From assembly GCF_006345805.1 (NCBI RefSeq), contig NC_043000.1:94054001-94118000 (forward strand): 64,000 bases of DNA, in the 5' to 3' direction. Shown one piece after another: positions 26,793 through 39,665 of the stretch. Position 1 is the first letter of the stretch. Every line of letters starts with the position of its first letter. The notes under the pieces were generated by a model. The model had not been told where the DNA came from. It saw nothing but the letters and a program-made list of their open reading frames with translations, and ran no database searches. Both the position numbers and the translations under genes were made by a program. The DNA is from Octopus sinensis. Lineage: Eukaryota.

Positions 26793-28199
26793 GGCCGGTA
26801 TTGATACATCAATTAGAAAGCATTTTTTTTCTTCATGATCTCTGACAACTATATCTGGTCTGTTGGCCTTAATTTCTCTACCTGTGTGTATCGGCATATC
26901 CCAGAGTATGGTTGCTTTCTCGTTTTCTGTGACCTTTTCTGGTGTGTACCTATACCATCTTTTTTTTTGTTGTTATTCCATAATGTTGTCATAGCTTCCA
27001 GTGTATGTAGGTTCCAACTCTGTCGTGTCTGTGAATATATTCCTTCTTAGCCAGGACTGGGCAGCCAGAGATAATATGATTTATTGTTTCTTGTCCATCT
27101 CCACATATTCTGCAGTTACTTGTTATATTTCTTTTCATTACATGATTATGGTAATTTCTGGTGGGGAGGCTTTGGTCTTGTGCTGCAATTAAAAATCCCT
27201 CTGTCTCTGCTTTGAGTCCTGAGCTTCTCAACCATTGCTGGGATTTTTCTTTGTCTATTTCTTTTGCATGTAGTTTAGTCCAGTATTTACCTCGAAGGGG
27301 TTTTTCTTGCCATCGTTTTATCATGGTTCTTTGCTGTTCTAGTTTTAGTTTGGATTTCATTTGTTTTTTGCTTTTGTTGTTCTTCTTCTTCTTCTTCTTC
27401 TTCTTCTTCTTCTTCTCTTCTTCTCTTCTTCTTCTTCTTCTTCTTTTCTTCTTCTTTTTCTTCTTCTTCTTCTTCTTCTTCTTCTCTTCTTCTTCTATAT
27501 TTGTTAGGTGGTATGATTTCTTGTTTGTATTTGTCAGCTTCCTTAAATACTGAGAACAGTTTTTTGTTTTGACTCGTGTTTTGCCGCTATTTGTATCAGT
27601 TTTCCTTCCTTCTGAAGTAGATATTTTTGCAGTCCTATGTGATTATTTTATAGTAGTTTTCCAGCTGTATAAGGCTTCTACCACCTTCTATACGTTGTAT
27701 ATATAGTCTTTCTATGTCAGATTTTGGGTGATGCATCCTAGACCCTGTCAGTATTTTTCTTGTTTTCCTATCTATTTTGGTCAGTTCATTTAGTGTCCAG
27801 TTAAGGATATTGTAGCTGTAACTACAGTTAAGGATATTTAGCTGGGACAGCTAAAGTGTTAATACCTATTATCTTGTTTTTAGCATTGAGCTCTGTTTTT
27901 AGTATTGATCTAACTCGTCTATAATATTCTTTTTTTATTTTCTCTTTCATTTGTGTGTGTTGTGTCTTATCTAGTTCATAGATTCCTAAGTATTTGTAAG
28001 TTTGGCTTTGGTCTAATTCTTTTATTTCATTGGTTTTATCTAGTGTGATGTTGCTACTCTTAACTAGTTTTCCTCTTTTCATGGTTACTTTGGCGCATTT
28101 TTCTAATCCAAATTTCATATCTATTTTTTTGGTAAATCCATGAACTGTCTTTAATAGTGTTTCCAGCTGTTTGTCATTTGCAGCGTATAGTTTTAGGTC

Positions 28200-28200
<1 letters not shown>
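26793..28200 (-). mobile_element. R4/Dong-clade LINE fragment: RT C-terminus, CCHC finger and restriction-like endonuclease
   Basis: DLKLYA...MKFGLEKCAK...YKYLGI; CRICGDGQETINHIISGCPVLAKKEYIHRHD; ANRPDIVVRD...CFLIDVSIP. The 5' truncation abuts (TAA)n and a (CTT)n expansion lies at 27380-27495. Confidence 0.9.
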
Positions 28201-28249
<49 letters not shown>

Positions 28250-28287
28250 TATTATTATTATTATTATTATTCAGGTGGAATAAGAAC

Positions 28288-28358
28288 GGGCATATGGCGT
28301 AGTGGTCAAGAGCGCGAGCTACTAACCCCAATATTCCGAGTTCAATTCCAGGCAGTGA

Positions 28359-28430
<72 letters not shown>

Positions 28431-28602
28431 CAACAACATAGAAAAAAACATTAGGAATGAGGACCCATGTTCGAAATTTCTCCAAGACACCTGATGAAGG
28501 CTGGAGGGTATATGAGCCGAAACGTTGTGCTAACAAAGTGAGGACAAATATCCGTCAAATATAAATAATGTACATAATTCCTCATCTCTTAAATATAGAA
28601 CT
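28288..28602 (+). mobile_element. tRNA-headed SINE-like element with internal (AAT)n and a 3' hammerhead motif
   Basis: A box TGGCGTAGTGG (28295), B box GAGTTCAATTCC (28338), (AAT)n 28363-28435, hammerhead 28488-28529. Confidence 0.65.
28488..28529 (+). ncRNA. Minimal hammerhead ribozyme motif
   Basis: CAC-CTGATGA-A-GGCT(12 nt)AGCC-GAAA-CG-TT-GTG, with palindromic ACGT stem III. Confidence 0.65.
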
Positions 28603-30240
28603 AAGTTATTGTTTGACTGATATTAATTAAAGTGACAGCGGTGATAGAACAGCTTCCTTTGAGAAAAGTCAGTGTCAACGTGTTTTAGAAGAGCTGTTAG
28701 AGCTACGGAAAAATGTTTGCTGTATTTCTTCCGGGTCTTTACGTTCTGAGATCAAATCCCGACGAGGATAACTTCGCCCCTTTCAACTCTCTAGGCACGA
28801 TGATATACAATAACACTCAAGTACTGTTGTCAATGGTAACGATATTTTCTTCCCCCAAATTTTAGGCCTTGCGCCAGAATCATAAACCTTTAATTTATAA
28901 ATGAAACTGTAATTAAAAACTTGAAAGAGATAGATAAAAAAAAGTAGTTAAAATCTAGAGACGAATGAAAAATATTTGAAGTACCTGACTACTGATTTTA
29001 AATGAAATAGTAAGGCTAGCTTGAAGAAAAATAGCTGTCTGCGTGAATTATAAATTACACAGATTGGAATTAAAATTGAAATAAAACTATAGCAATCATT
29101 TAAGCCGAGGTTGTTACTGTTTACAGATCTATACTCATAATATAAGGGAATACTGTTTAGCAAAATTCTGAGCGCATCGTTGAACGGATCAAGAGCTTTC
29201 CGGGAAATGCATTGCGCAAAAGCTTATTGCTTTATTTTTTTAGATGATGATAAAAGTAATAAAAAGTTTGTTAGTTGGCGTAGAAAGCTTCTGAAGAGTC
29301 TCCAACTGGCTAGCAATAGCATTGCATCTGGGGTCGATGTAATCTACTTAACCCTTGCTCCGAAACTGCCGATCTTGTGCCAAAGATTGAAACCAATATT
29401 ATTGCAAAAACTAAGACGGCGAATTGTCAGTATCGTTAGCACGCCGGGCAAAATGCTTAGTGTCATTTCGTCCGTCTTTATCGCCTGGGTTCAAATTCTG
29501 TCGAAGTTGACTTGGCCTTTCATCCTTTCGAGGTCGATAAAATAAGTAACATTTGAATACAGGGGAGGGGGATTGATGTAATTAATAATTACCCATTGCT
29601 CCGGAATTTCTGACCTTCTGCCAAAATTTGAGAAATAAATATGAGAAAAATATGAGAAATAAAATGAGAAATAAAGAGTAGCGTAACAAAAATGTTTGTC
29701 TATTGTTACTGTTGCCTCATAATGAAAATCCATTGTAGAACCAGTTTGTAATCTGGGATAATCTGCGTATATTTCTGACACCTGACAGATATATATATAT
29801 ATATATATATATATAAGATATAACAGACTTCAAGGTGGTATATCGAGCTTTATGTGTACCTGTGGTAATCATGTGAGAGACGTCAGAGGAGATAAAGTAG
29901 AAGTTCAAATTATTTAAATCACCTCCCGATATACGAAGCATGCAATAATTATATAGCCATTAGTAAGCTACACCGGCCTAGTAGTAACTGAAACCCAAAT
30001 GTGAAACGTAAATGTAAATTGCTATTAAGACTGAGTATCACTGTAGAGACCGGGGTGAGTAAATCTTTAATATATCATTATAAGCCGTCGATATTACGTG
30101 GAAACTTCTGAACACACGTATGTTCATTCTAGTACTCATGTATGTGTATATTTATAAATACGCATATATATATATATATATATATATACATTTATAAACA
30201 CACACACACATATGTATGTATGTGAATATATGTATATATA

Positions 30241-30274
<34 letters not shown>

Positions 30275-30280
<6 letters not shown>

Positions 30281-30558
30281 TGGTTGTATACTGTCACTTA
30301 ACGTGACAGTCCCGTATGGGAATTACACAACCGCTGTTTAGCCCTAGGAAGCATCGAACGCTTCCTGTCGGCTTTGACACATTTGACACATTGACAATGT
30401 GTCAAAGCCGACAGGAAGCGTTCGATGCTTCCTAGGCCTAAACAGCGGCTGTGTAATTCCCATACGGGACTGTCACGTTACGTTGACAGTATAGAACCAC
30501 TCTATCGCTCCACTACCGCTCATGTCTCTTTGAGACATTTAGAAATTTAATATTTCTG
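30275..30558 (+). mobile_element. (TA)n-flanked fold-back insertion (~109-bp arms, 12-nt loop, ~50-bp tail)
   Basis: 30275-30383 is the near-perfect reverse complement of 30396-30505, with (TA)n on both outer sides. Confidence 0.8.
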
Positions 30559-30580
30559 ATATATATATATATATATATAT

Positions 30581-31001
30581 AAGTAGTTGAATGAATTATC
30601 TTAGTATGGATAATTCGGTTAACCGATACCTGGGTAGCAAATTCACGTCAGGAAAACACGGTTGAAGCTACATGCCAAGGGCAGAGATCACGTGCTTTCG
30701 TGTGGAAATTTGTGTGTTTTTTTAATACAAATAAATGAAAGAATGGAGTTGAACGACGATTTAATAAAATTCCTTTATTCTCGACATATGTTTCGAAGGC
30801 TGCATATTCCTAATTTCGAAGGAATAAGGGGTGCATTATGCCGCCTTCTCATCAGGAAAAAAGTTCCTTGTTTTTCCTGATGAGAAGGCGGCATAATGCA
30901 CCCCTTATTCCTTCGAAATTAGGAATATGCAGCCTTCGAAACATATGTCGAGAATAAAGGAATTTTGTTAAATCGTCGTTCAACTCCATTCTTTCATTTA
31001 T
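30581..31001 (-). mobile_element. (TA)n-flanked fold-back PLE-like insertion (131-bp arms, 9-nt loop, ~150-bp tail)
   Basis: 30731-30861 and 30871-31001 differ at one position, and each arm encodes a hammerhead. Confidence 0.85.
30872..30954 (+). ncRNA. Type I hammerhead ribozyme, canonical core (mirror copy on the minus strand at 30778-30860)
   Basis: TTTTC-CTGATGA-GAAGGC...GCCTTC-GAAA-CATATG-TC-GAGAA. Predicted cleavage after C30949. Confidence 0.85.
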
Positions 31002-31014
31002 ATATATATATATG

Positions 31015-32145
31015 AATTGAATGAACTGAATTGAATGAATTGAAGTAGTTTCAACTCACAAGCTGTGGCCATGCTAGGGCACCGCCATTTGGTGTTGGTA
31101 CATAATTTTCACTTAACTAATTCTTTTAAGAACTTGACATTTGGTGCATGAGGGTGTTTGACGCCGCTGTCCACATTTGCACTTCCTGCTGTGAAGCTGG
31201 TTCATCTGGGACTCTTGACTGTAAGAGATTTAGTTTAGTTTTGAAGACATCTATATCCACCCCAGATACATCTCTCAGGTTCTTCGAGAGGATGTTGAAG
31301 AGCTGTGGGCCTTGAAATCCCAGGCTATTGCAATATCTTGTCCTCTATTTTGATGGTAAAGTTTGAGTCTTTGGCACTATTCAGTGGCGCCCTGTTCTAG
31401 CGTTAGTGTAACTCTCAATGCTGAGTTTTGTGACAAGACCTTCCAGGATCTTCCAGATGTATATTATGGCATATATTTCTCACCAACGCTCCAGGGAATA
31501 GAGTCTTAATCTCTTTAGCTTTTGTCAGTAGCTTAGATGCTGCATAGAGACCATCTTCGTGTAAATTCATTGGATTGCCTCAAGTTCTGCAATTAATTTT
31601 ACACTGGTTGTTGACCATAGCTGGGAGCAATAGTAAAAGCGGCTTAGGACAAATGTCCTCCAGAGAACGATCATGGTTTACTGATCTTTCGTTTTAAAAG
31701 TTCTAAAATGCATCCGGTTAGCCGCCTTAGCAACATGCACATGGAAGGATGGATCATTACTCATGTAAATGTCCAGATCACGCATTGACTGTGTCTCTGA
31801 GATTGCAATCCCTCCAGATGCAGTGTATTTAATTGGTATTGCGTTTAGTTTAGCATGCTAATAGCATAGGGCTTGAAAACTTTCAGCATTACACTGCATG
31901 CTATTCTTCTTAGCACACTTGTATGTTTTATCCAACTCACGTTGCAGATGAATAGCGCTTTCAGGGTTCTGTATCACCTATTAGACATCTGTATCATCTG
32001 CATAACCTGTGATCTTGGATCCCTGTGTGGCTGAGGGCATATCTGAGAGGGCCATTATGAACAGTAGTGATCCCAAAATAATGCCTTGCGGAACACCACT
32101 CACTATTTGTATGTCATTGGAGGCAGTTCCATTGGTTACTACTGT
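31015..32145 (-). mobile_element. CR1/L2-type LINE 3' fragment (RT relic and 3' tail)
   Basis: Minus frame IVSGVPQGIILGSLLFIMALSDMP...GYADDT with stops. The 3' end has a short (ATTCA)-like repeat tail. Confidence 0.85.
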
Positions 32146-32186
32146 TTGACTTCTATGGTTTTATTTTCCAGATATTTATATATACA

Positions 32187-32285
<99 letters not shown>

Positions 32286-32288
32286 CTA

Positions 32289-32418
<130 letters not shown>

Positions 32419-32419
32419 C

Positions 32420-32473
<54 letters not shown>

Positions 32474-32596
32474 GTATATATATGCATATATATATATAGA
32501 GAGAGAGAGAGGGAGAGAGAGAGAGGGAGAGAGAGAGAGGGAGAGAGAGAGAGGGAGAGAGAGGTAGGTTGGTAGGTAGGTAGGTAGGTAGGTAGG

Positions 32597-32670
<74 letters not shown>

Positions 32671-33359
32671 TAGATATAGATATACTAAATGCCATATATG
32701 CATATATGCACATATGTAACATTATGAACATATCCATGTATGATCATTCATACACAAACACATACGTATATATACAAACAAACATACATGCTGACATACA
32801 TACATAAATACATACATAAATACATAGCACCTACATACATACATACATACATACATACATACATACATACATACATACATACTTACATACATACATGTTT
32901 ATTCAGTTGAATATGTAATATTACTTAGGTGTCTGGCAAATTTTCTTATCCGGAAAACTAATTTCATTTCTTCAACTATAATTGGATGTCCCAAACCTCC
33001 AAACAATCAAACGCAACACCTTACAAAGCGCCATTCCTACAACAAAATACAAAAAGAAAAAGAAAAAAAAGCAATACCTCGTTGTCGTCCAATTAACTTT
33101 GATTTTTTTTCCTTTCTGACTTTTATTTATCACGTTTCTTTCGTTGTTGCTGTTGTTGTTATTATTGTTTTTTCAATTAAATCAAATGAAACTTTGGTAT
33201 TTTTCACCAATGGAATTTCATGAATTTATTTATTCGTTTATTTGTCTGAGTACACCATAGCTCTTATGATTCCTTACTATGTTCTCTCTTTCTTTCTTCG
33301 AGTGAATTACTCCCTTCGTCTCCATCATCCCCCTCTCTCTCTCTCTCGCTCTCTCTTTC

Positions 33360-33420
<61 letters not shown>

Positions 33421-33710
33421 GTCTGCAAGTGTTCTGTGCGCAAATATGGTCATATACATGCGCGTATATGTATATACTCATATGACCGTGCATACATACA
33501 TCATACATACATACATGCATACATACATACATGCATACATACATACATACACATAATATAATATAATATATCTAGATATATAATATATATAATATATATA
33601 TAATTTATATTTATATATGCATGAATACATTCGCATACAAAGAGTGTATAAAATGAATCTGTATGCAAATCCATGTATACACGCATATAGATACACACGT
33701 GTATGTATAT

Positions 33711-33772
<62 letters not shown>

Positions 33773-33799
33773 AATATATATATATATATATAATATATA

Positions 33800-33856
<57 letters not shown>

Positions 33857-34145
33857 TAGGATACATTCAGAAAGAGCGAATTTGAGACATTACCCTTTAT
33901 TCAGCACGGAGCTAAAACTTTCACCATCACCACTACTACCACCACCATCCTGTTCGTTTTATTTAACTTTCTCTTGTATTATCACCCTCTCATTGTCCTT
34001 TCTTCATTTCTCTCTTCCATTCTCTTTCTTCCTCTCACTCTCTTTTTCTCTCTCTCTCTTTCTCACTCTCTCGCTTACTCTCCTCTCTTTTATCTTCTAC
34101 TTCAAAATTCCATTAGGCTTTCTCTAATGCACATATGTAGCAAGC

Positions 34146-34178
<33 letters not shown>

Positions 34179-34438
34179 GAAAGACATACATATATATATA
34201 GACATACATACATATATATATATACATATACATACATATATACATACATACGCACATACATACGTGTATCTACGTATGTGTACCACCAATGATGTGAACA
34301 CAACCATGCAGTAATGCACACGCGTGCGTATTTAGATACAAGTCTGAGTCGACATGTGTAATTGTGTGATACATGTGCCTGTAATTGCACAATAGCTTTA
34401 TGGATATTAAGGAGTGTCTAGTAAATTAAATAATTTTG

Positions 34439-34476
<38 letters not shown>

Positions 34477-34556
34477 TTAGATGTAGTGGTAGTAGTAGTA
34501 GAGTTGTTGATTTTTGTTCTATTAAAGCGAAAGTACTTTTTAAATTGTGGCAGTGC

Positions 34557-34605
<49 letters not shown>

Positions 34606-34613
34606 TTTATTAT

Positions 34614-34921
34614 TCAGTAGTTTTATTTTTATAGCGTGATTTCACTTCACTACCGAGCGCAGCTCTGTGTGCCTTAGGTATGTGCTGTGATTTGTTGTGA
34701 TGCTCTGATGGTTAGTGTATGGAAAGTGTTCTGCGTAGGATGTGTGCAGTGCCTAGTAGTGCAATTTTCTGTACGTTATATGTGTTTGTAAGTCCTGGTG
34801 TTTTTGTTATGTATTTGTCTGAATATTTTTTATCATGCCTAATGCACCTACTATGATAGGAATTGTTTCTGTTTTTAGATTCCACATTCTGGTTACCTCT
34901 ATTTCCAGGTCTTTGTATTTT
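34614..34921 (-). mobile_element. R4/Dong-clade LINE 3' fragment between (TAA)n tracts
   Basis: KYKDLEIEVTRMWNLKTETIPIIVGALGMIKKYSDKYITKTPGLTNTYNVQKIALLGTAHILRRTLS. Same 3' UTR as 1908-2010. Confidence 0.85.
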
Positions 34922-34946
34922 ATTATTATTATTATTATTATCATTA

Positions 34947-34996
<50 letters not shown>

Positions 34997-34997
<1 letters not shown>

Positions 34998-35212
34998 AGC
35001 GGCGAGCTGGCAGAACCGTTAGCGCGCCAGGCGAAATGCTTAGCGGTATTTTCTTTGCTAGTACGTTCTGAGTTCAAATTCTACCGCGGTCGCCTTTGCT
35101 TCTCATTCTTTTGGGTTCGATAAATTAAGTACTATTCAAGCAGTAGGATCGATGTGATCGACTATAACCCTCCCATCAAATTTCAGACCTTCTGCCTCTA
35201 GTAGAAAAGATT
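34997..35212 (+). mobile_element. SINE family C
   Basis: GGCGAGCTGGCAGAACCGTTAGC...GAGTTCAAATTC head. Confidence 0.8.
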
Positions 35213-35225
35213 ATTGCTGTTGTTG

Positions 35226-35277
<52 letters not shown>

Positions 35278-35710
35278 TATTATTATTATTATTATTATTT
35301 TAAAAGGATTAACGTAACTTTTCACAACGGTAACAAGACAAAGGGCGCAATGCGATTGCAATAGATGTTTTATATGTTGAACGATATTTCGACATCATGC
35401 CTATCTTTGTCGCGTTCAAAATGTGTTGTGGCGGCCACCCCGAAGTGAGAAGTGGGCTGTTTCACAACTGATAAATAGTAGATAGACACAGCAAGCACTG
35501 TGAGTCGGTGAGGTATTGGTCAGTCATCGAGCTATTTTTGGTGCTTTTTAAAATCATTTTTGATCCCTGTGAGTTAAATTGTGAGTTAAATTCTTAAATG
35601 CTTGTTGTGGGTCTCCTACAAGGGTGAACCTACTTGTTGGATATCATTGTTAAACTGTTGAATTGTTGTTGTTTTTATCTGTGAAATTACAATTGATTTC
35701 TTCCTTAGTC

Positions 35711-37016
35711 ATGGGTGAAGTAGGCAAGAAGCAGAGGATGGATTGCTACCCAATTCCAGCCGGCAGCGATGCTTCAGCCACTGTAAAAAGTTCAACAGCT
35801 GACATGTTGCAGGTACGGAGATAAAGATGGAGCAGAGGAAGTTGAAGGAGTTCAACAGACTCATAGAGAATGATGGAACCAGTTTGAGGTTGACACCGCC
35901 CGAAATGTTAACAGCGAGCGTGATGAAGCGGACAGTGGTGTATAGAACACCATCCATGACATCACAAAAAATAGAAATAGCCATAGTAGAGGCTATAGAG
36001 GAATGCTTAAAGGAGGCAAAAAGCCTCACAATAAGTTACACGAGAAGGAGGAAATACGACACGGTTTGTTACCAGTGGAGGTAAGGTCCGTTAGTGAACA
36101 AGAAGCGATAAACCACTCCACTGTGGCGCTAAGGACACCAGAGTGGGTACTTCTGCCGACTGACTGGGGCAAACGAGTGGTCAGGGTAAGGATTAGCAGA
36201 GTACCCACAGAGACTGAGGAGGCGTGGCTGGTGGCAGCCATATTGTATAATATGGAGGAGGACGTGAAGGTGTTGAAAGTGACAAGGACGAAAGAGGTAA
36301 ACTGATGGGGCTATGGCCTTGAAGTGGCCATCCAAGTCAGTTTATAAGACTTGCGTAAGATAGCGGAGGAGGTAATATTACAAGAGGACTTGAAATTGAG
36401 AGTAGTGGTGGAAGGAAGACCTCCAGCCTGTTACCAGTGTGGTGTAAGGGGACACATGAGAGCAAGGTGCCTCCAGAACGACGATAAAGGTGAAAAGAAA
36501 CAACAGCAGCAGGGTGACGAGCAGGAGCAAAATGCCAAAGCGACGAACCCAGTATGTGAGAAGTATCCAGAGAAGGTGGAGGAGGAGTATACGGTAGTGG
36601 ATAGGAAGAAGAAAAGAAAAGAAGACGTGGACTCACAGCCAAAGTGTCCACTAAAGAAAAGAAGGAGAGTAAACAAGAAACACAACATGAGATACCAACA
36701 ACACCAAAGGAAGCCATCGCGGAAAAACAAGTGGGACTGCAGAAACAAACAAATAAAAAAGAACCAAAACGTAAATAGCATATGGTAACATATGCGAAAA
36801 GTACAGAGATAGAGAAGAAAATCAGTAATAAGAGTGAGACTAACTACGGAATACTTTCCAGAGAGCACCAAGGCAATTGTTATTGACGACGAGAGATGTG
36901 AAAAACTACGAGAACTGTTCGGAAAGAAGATAGACTCAACAGGAGTACGCGTCGTGTTCGACGACTTGCCACCAGTAGTGGAGTACGATGACCTGTTGCC
37001 GTACATAAAATGGTAA
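35711..37016 (+). pseudogene. Disrupted L1/Tx1-type ORF1 (gag-like zinc-knuckle protein)
   Basis: Frameshifted and stop-interrupted ORFs 35827-36084, 36003-36305 and 36351-36788 join into ...LRVVVEGRPPACYQCGVRGHMRARC (CX2CX4HX4C), followed by a charged tail. Confidence 0.75.
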
Positions 37017-37099
37017 AAGAAAAAAGGAAAAGTAAATAAATATTTTTAAAAATCTAAATGATTGTAAAAACAGATGCAAAAAGGAGTTGAAATTCCGCC

Positions 37100-37280
37100 G
37101 AGATTGATGCAAGCATGAAGGTAGAACTCCTACAACAATCAGCATTACTTGGAACTGCAAGAATTCTTTACAGGATTCTTGAAGCACGACCAGTAAACAA
37201 GTGTCACTTTAGCCTACTGGCTGTAGACAACTGACACGTTCCCTCATACCCAGCAAAATAAGCTGTGTGTTTTCATATAA
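37100..37280 (+). mobile_element. Short R4-clade LINE 3' end
   Basis: QSALLGTARILYRILEA followed by a 3' UTR. Confidence 0.55.
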
Positions 37281-37512
37281 TATATCTTGGTATAAAAGAT
37301 GGGCTACTCAAACTGAAGAAAGTTCTAACCGGGCCCAACCTGCAAGGTCATGCGCTGTATATCTTGATATGAGATCACCATGTCACGCACATAGGGTTGT
37401 GATGCATGTGCCTGGTGTACCCTTATCAGACGTGTGGTCATGATGGGTATACTGGGCTTCGTATATATTACCCCAGTGTCACTTCAATGGCATGCACTGC
37501 TCTCTCTTTCAA

Positions 37513-37574
<62 letters not shown>

Positions 37575-38368
37575 ATAATAATAATAATAATAATTATGAA
37601 CTCAAAACGTAAAGATAGACGAATACCGGTCAGTATTTTGCGCTACATGCTAACGATTTTACCTGCTCGCCGTAAACAATATTCGTCAACTCCTATTCGA
37701 GATGAAAACAAATAAGAAGAAAACCGCAGTGTTGAATCGAACCATCTATCTCTTGCTTAGCAACAAAATGTGCTGTTATTTAGATTATTCTTATCTGGCT
37801 TATATCTCATTTCTCATCTGTACTTACATATGTTTTCTCTGTCATACGGAACACTTACTTCAATGTATACACCTAAATCATTTTTTTACGTTGAGAGTAC
37901 TCAGACATTCAACTGTGCATAGTTAACTTTCCAGTAAGTGAAAAGAGAGACAAGATGAAAAAAACATATATTCACATAAAAACATATATGCTTAAACACA
38001 TATTCACACACACCTAAATGTAGTCACGCACACACAGTTTTCACACACACACATACACATACACGCACACATACACACATACACACGCACAAAAATACAG
38101 GTATACCAAATTTAGAGAGCTCGACAACTGAATGACTTAGGCAATTTGACAATATCATTTCGAATATGTACCCAACAAATGTCTGTTAAAATTATGCTAC
38201 GTTAATATGCTTGTACGCATTTCTGCAATACCTCGATGCATGTATGTATGTATATATATGTATACAATTCATACATACATATTTGTGCTATATTTATATG
38301 TCAATACAAACACGCATACATATATACGTATTTATGATAAGATACGTACATACATACATACATACACA

Positions 38369-38410
<42 letters not shown>

Positions 38411-39283
38411 TATATATATATATAATTATATATAAATTAAGTATAGAAGACCTGAACAAACAAAACCAAAAAGAAAGAACAATTAAAAACACTTCCCTAC
38501 ATCTCTACACACAACCCACTCAACAATGAGGCCTTCAACACCATACTACAAAGCACAGCCCTACTAAAGGGAGACCCAAAGATGAACCGGATCCTCGAAA
38601 CACACACCATCATTAAAAGTAAACGGCAACCAAAATCCTTGAAAAGGATTTTAACCCAAGCTATACACTGCACTCAACATCAACCACAAAACCAGCAGTT
38701 AGAAAATGTGGAAGGCCCAACTGCGGAATCTGTGTCATCTTGAAAGAAGGATCAGAATTTATACTGGAACAAGGCCACCAGTTCACCATTAAAACAAACT
38801 TCACCTGCGCATCAGAAAACTTAATTACGTCATAACATGCGCGAGGCTGCAATAGGCAGTATATAGGCCATACAAAAAATAGCTTACGTAACAGGATGGC
38901 GGTGCATAAATCACAAATTAGAAACCCTGATTACCGCAAAATACCGGTCAGCGGACACATAGATAGATGTGCTGGAAATGTAAATCCGAAATTTACAACA
39001 ACTAACCCGCTCATAAATTCAGTGACAACGCAACCTTCACACAACGCCAAAATAAAGAACTATATTTCATAAAAAATTTAGACCAAGTTTAAACACCCTG
39101 GGCCAGGAATACTAAAACAAAAGATAAGTCCTCCGAAAAGGAGAAGCAAAATTCCACCACGGCCGCTACCTTAAACAGACACTCGCACTGACGGAAATAT
39201 GCCTTAGTAAAAAAGGGAAAAAAATTCTTTCGTGCAAATCTGACCCTGATACATACGATACAGCTATGGGTCAGACCCGATTC

Positions 39284-39665
39284 TGATTGGTCAACGCATT
39301 GATGACGTCTAGTTCTGCTAGAATGGACAGGATACAAACAGGGGACAGTCATTAGTCAGAATATTGATGACGTCCTTTTCTGCTTGACTAGTCACCTAAC
39401 AAGTACAGACAGGGGGCAGATCTAATGTAGCTATAAGTCGTGATTGGGCAGAATCTGGATGACGTCCCGTTCTGCTTGACTAAGCCACCTAACGAAGCGA
39501 CTGGTCAAAGCAGGAAACAGACAAGAGGCAGTTATAATACAGCGATTGGACAAAATGATGATGACGTCCCGTTCTGCTTGACTAAAGCCACCTAACGAAA
39601 CGATTGGTCAAAACGTTGATGACGTCACGCTACGCTGGACTGACCACCTAACAGGCATTATAAAA
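39284..39665 (+). promoter_or_regulatory. Putative pLTR promoter: five ATTGG-N12-TGACGTC modules and a TATA box
   Basis: ATTGG/ATTAG at 39286, 39351, 39443, 39545 and 39603, each followed after 12 nt by TGACGTC (39303, 39368, 39460, 39562, 39620). TATAAAA at 39659. Confidence 0.6.

Noticed and set aside
29810-30110. (TA)n-flanked unique segment with CTGAAAC...GAAACGTA
   Set aside because: Neither the core nor the stems fit a hammerhead, and no inverted arm is present.
39284-39660. Repeat-spacer pattern superficially like a CRISPR array
   Set aside because: Eukaryotic context, diverged repeats with mutually similar spacers, and no cas genes. It is a pLTR tandem repeat.
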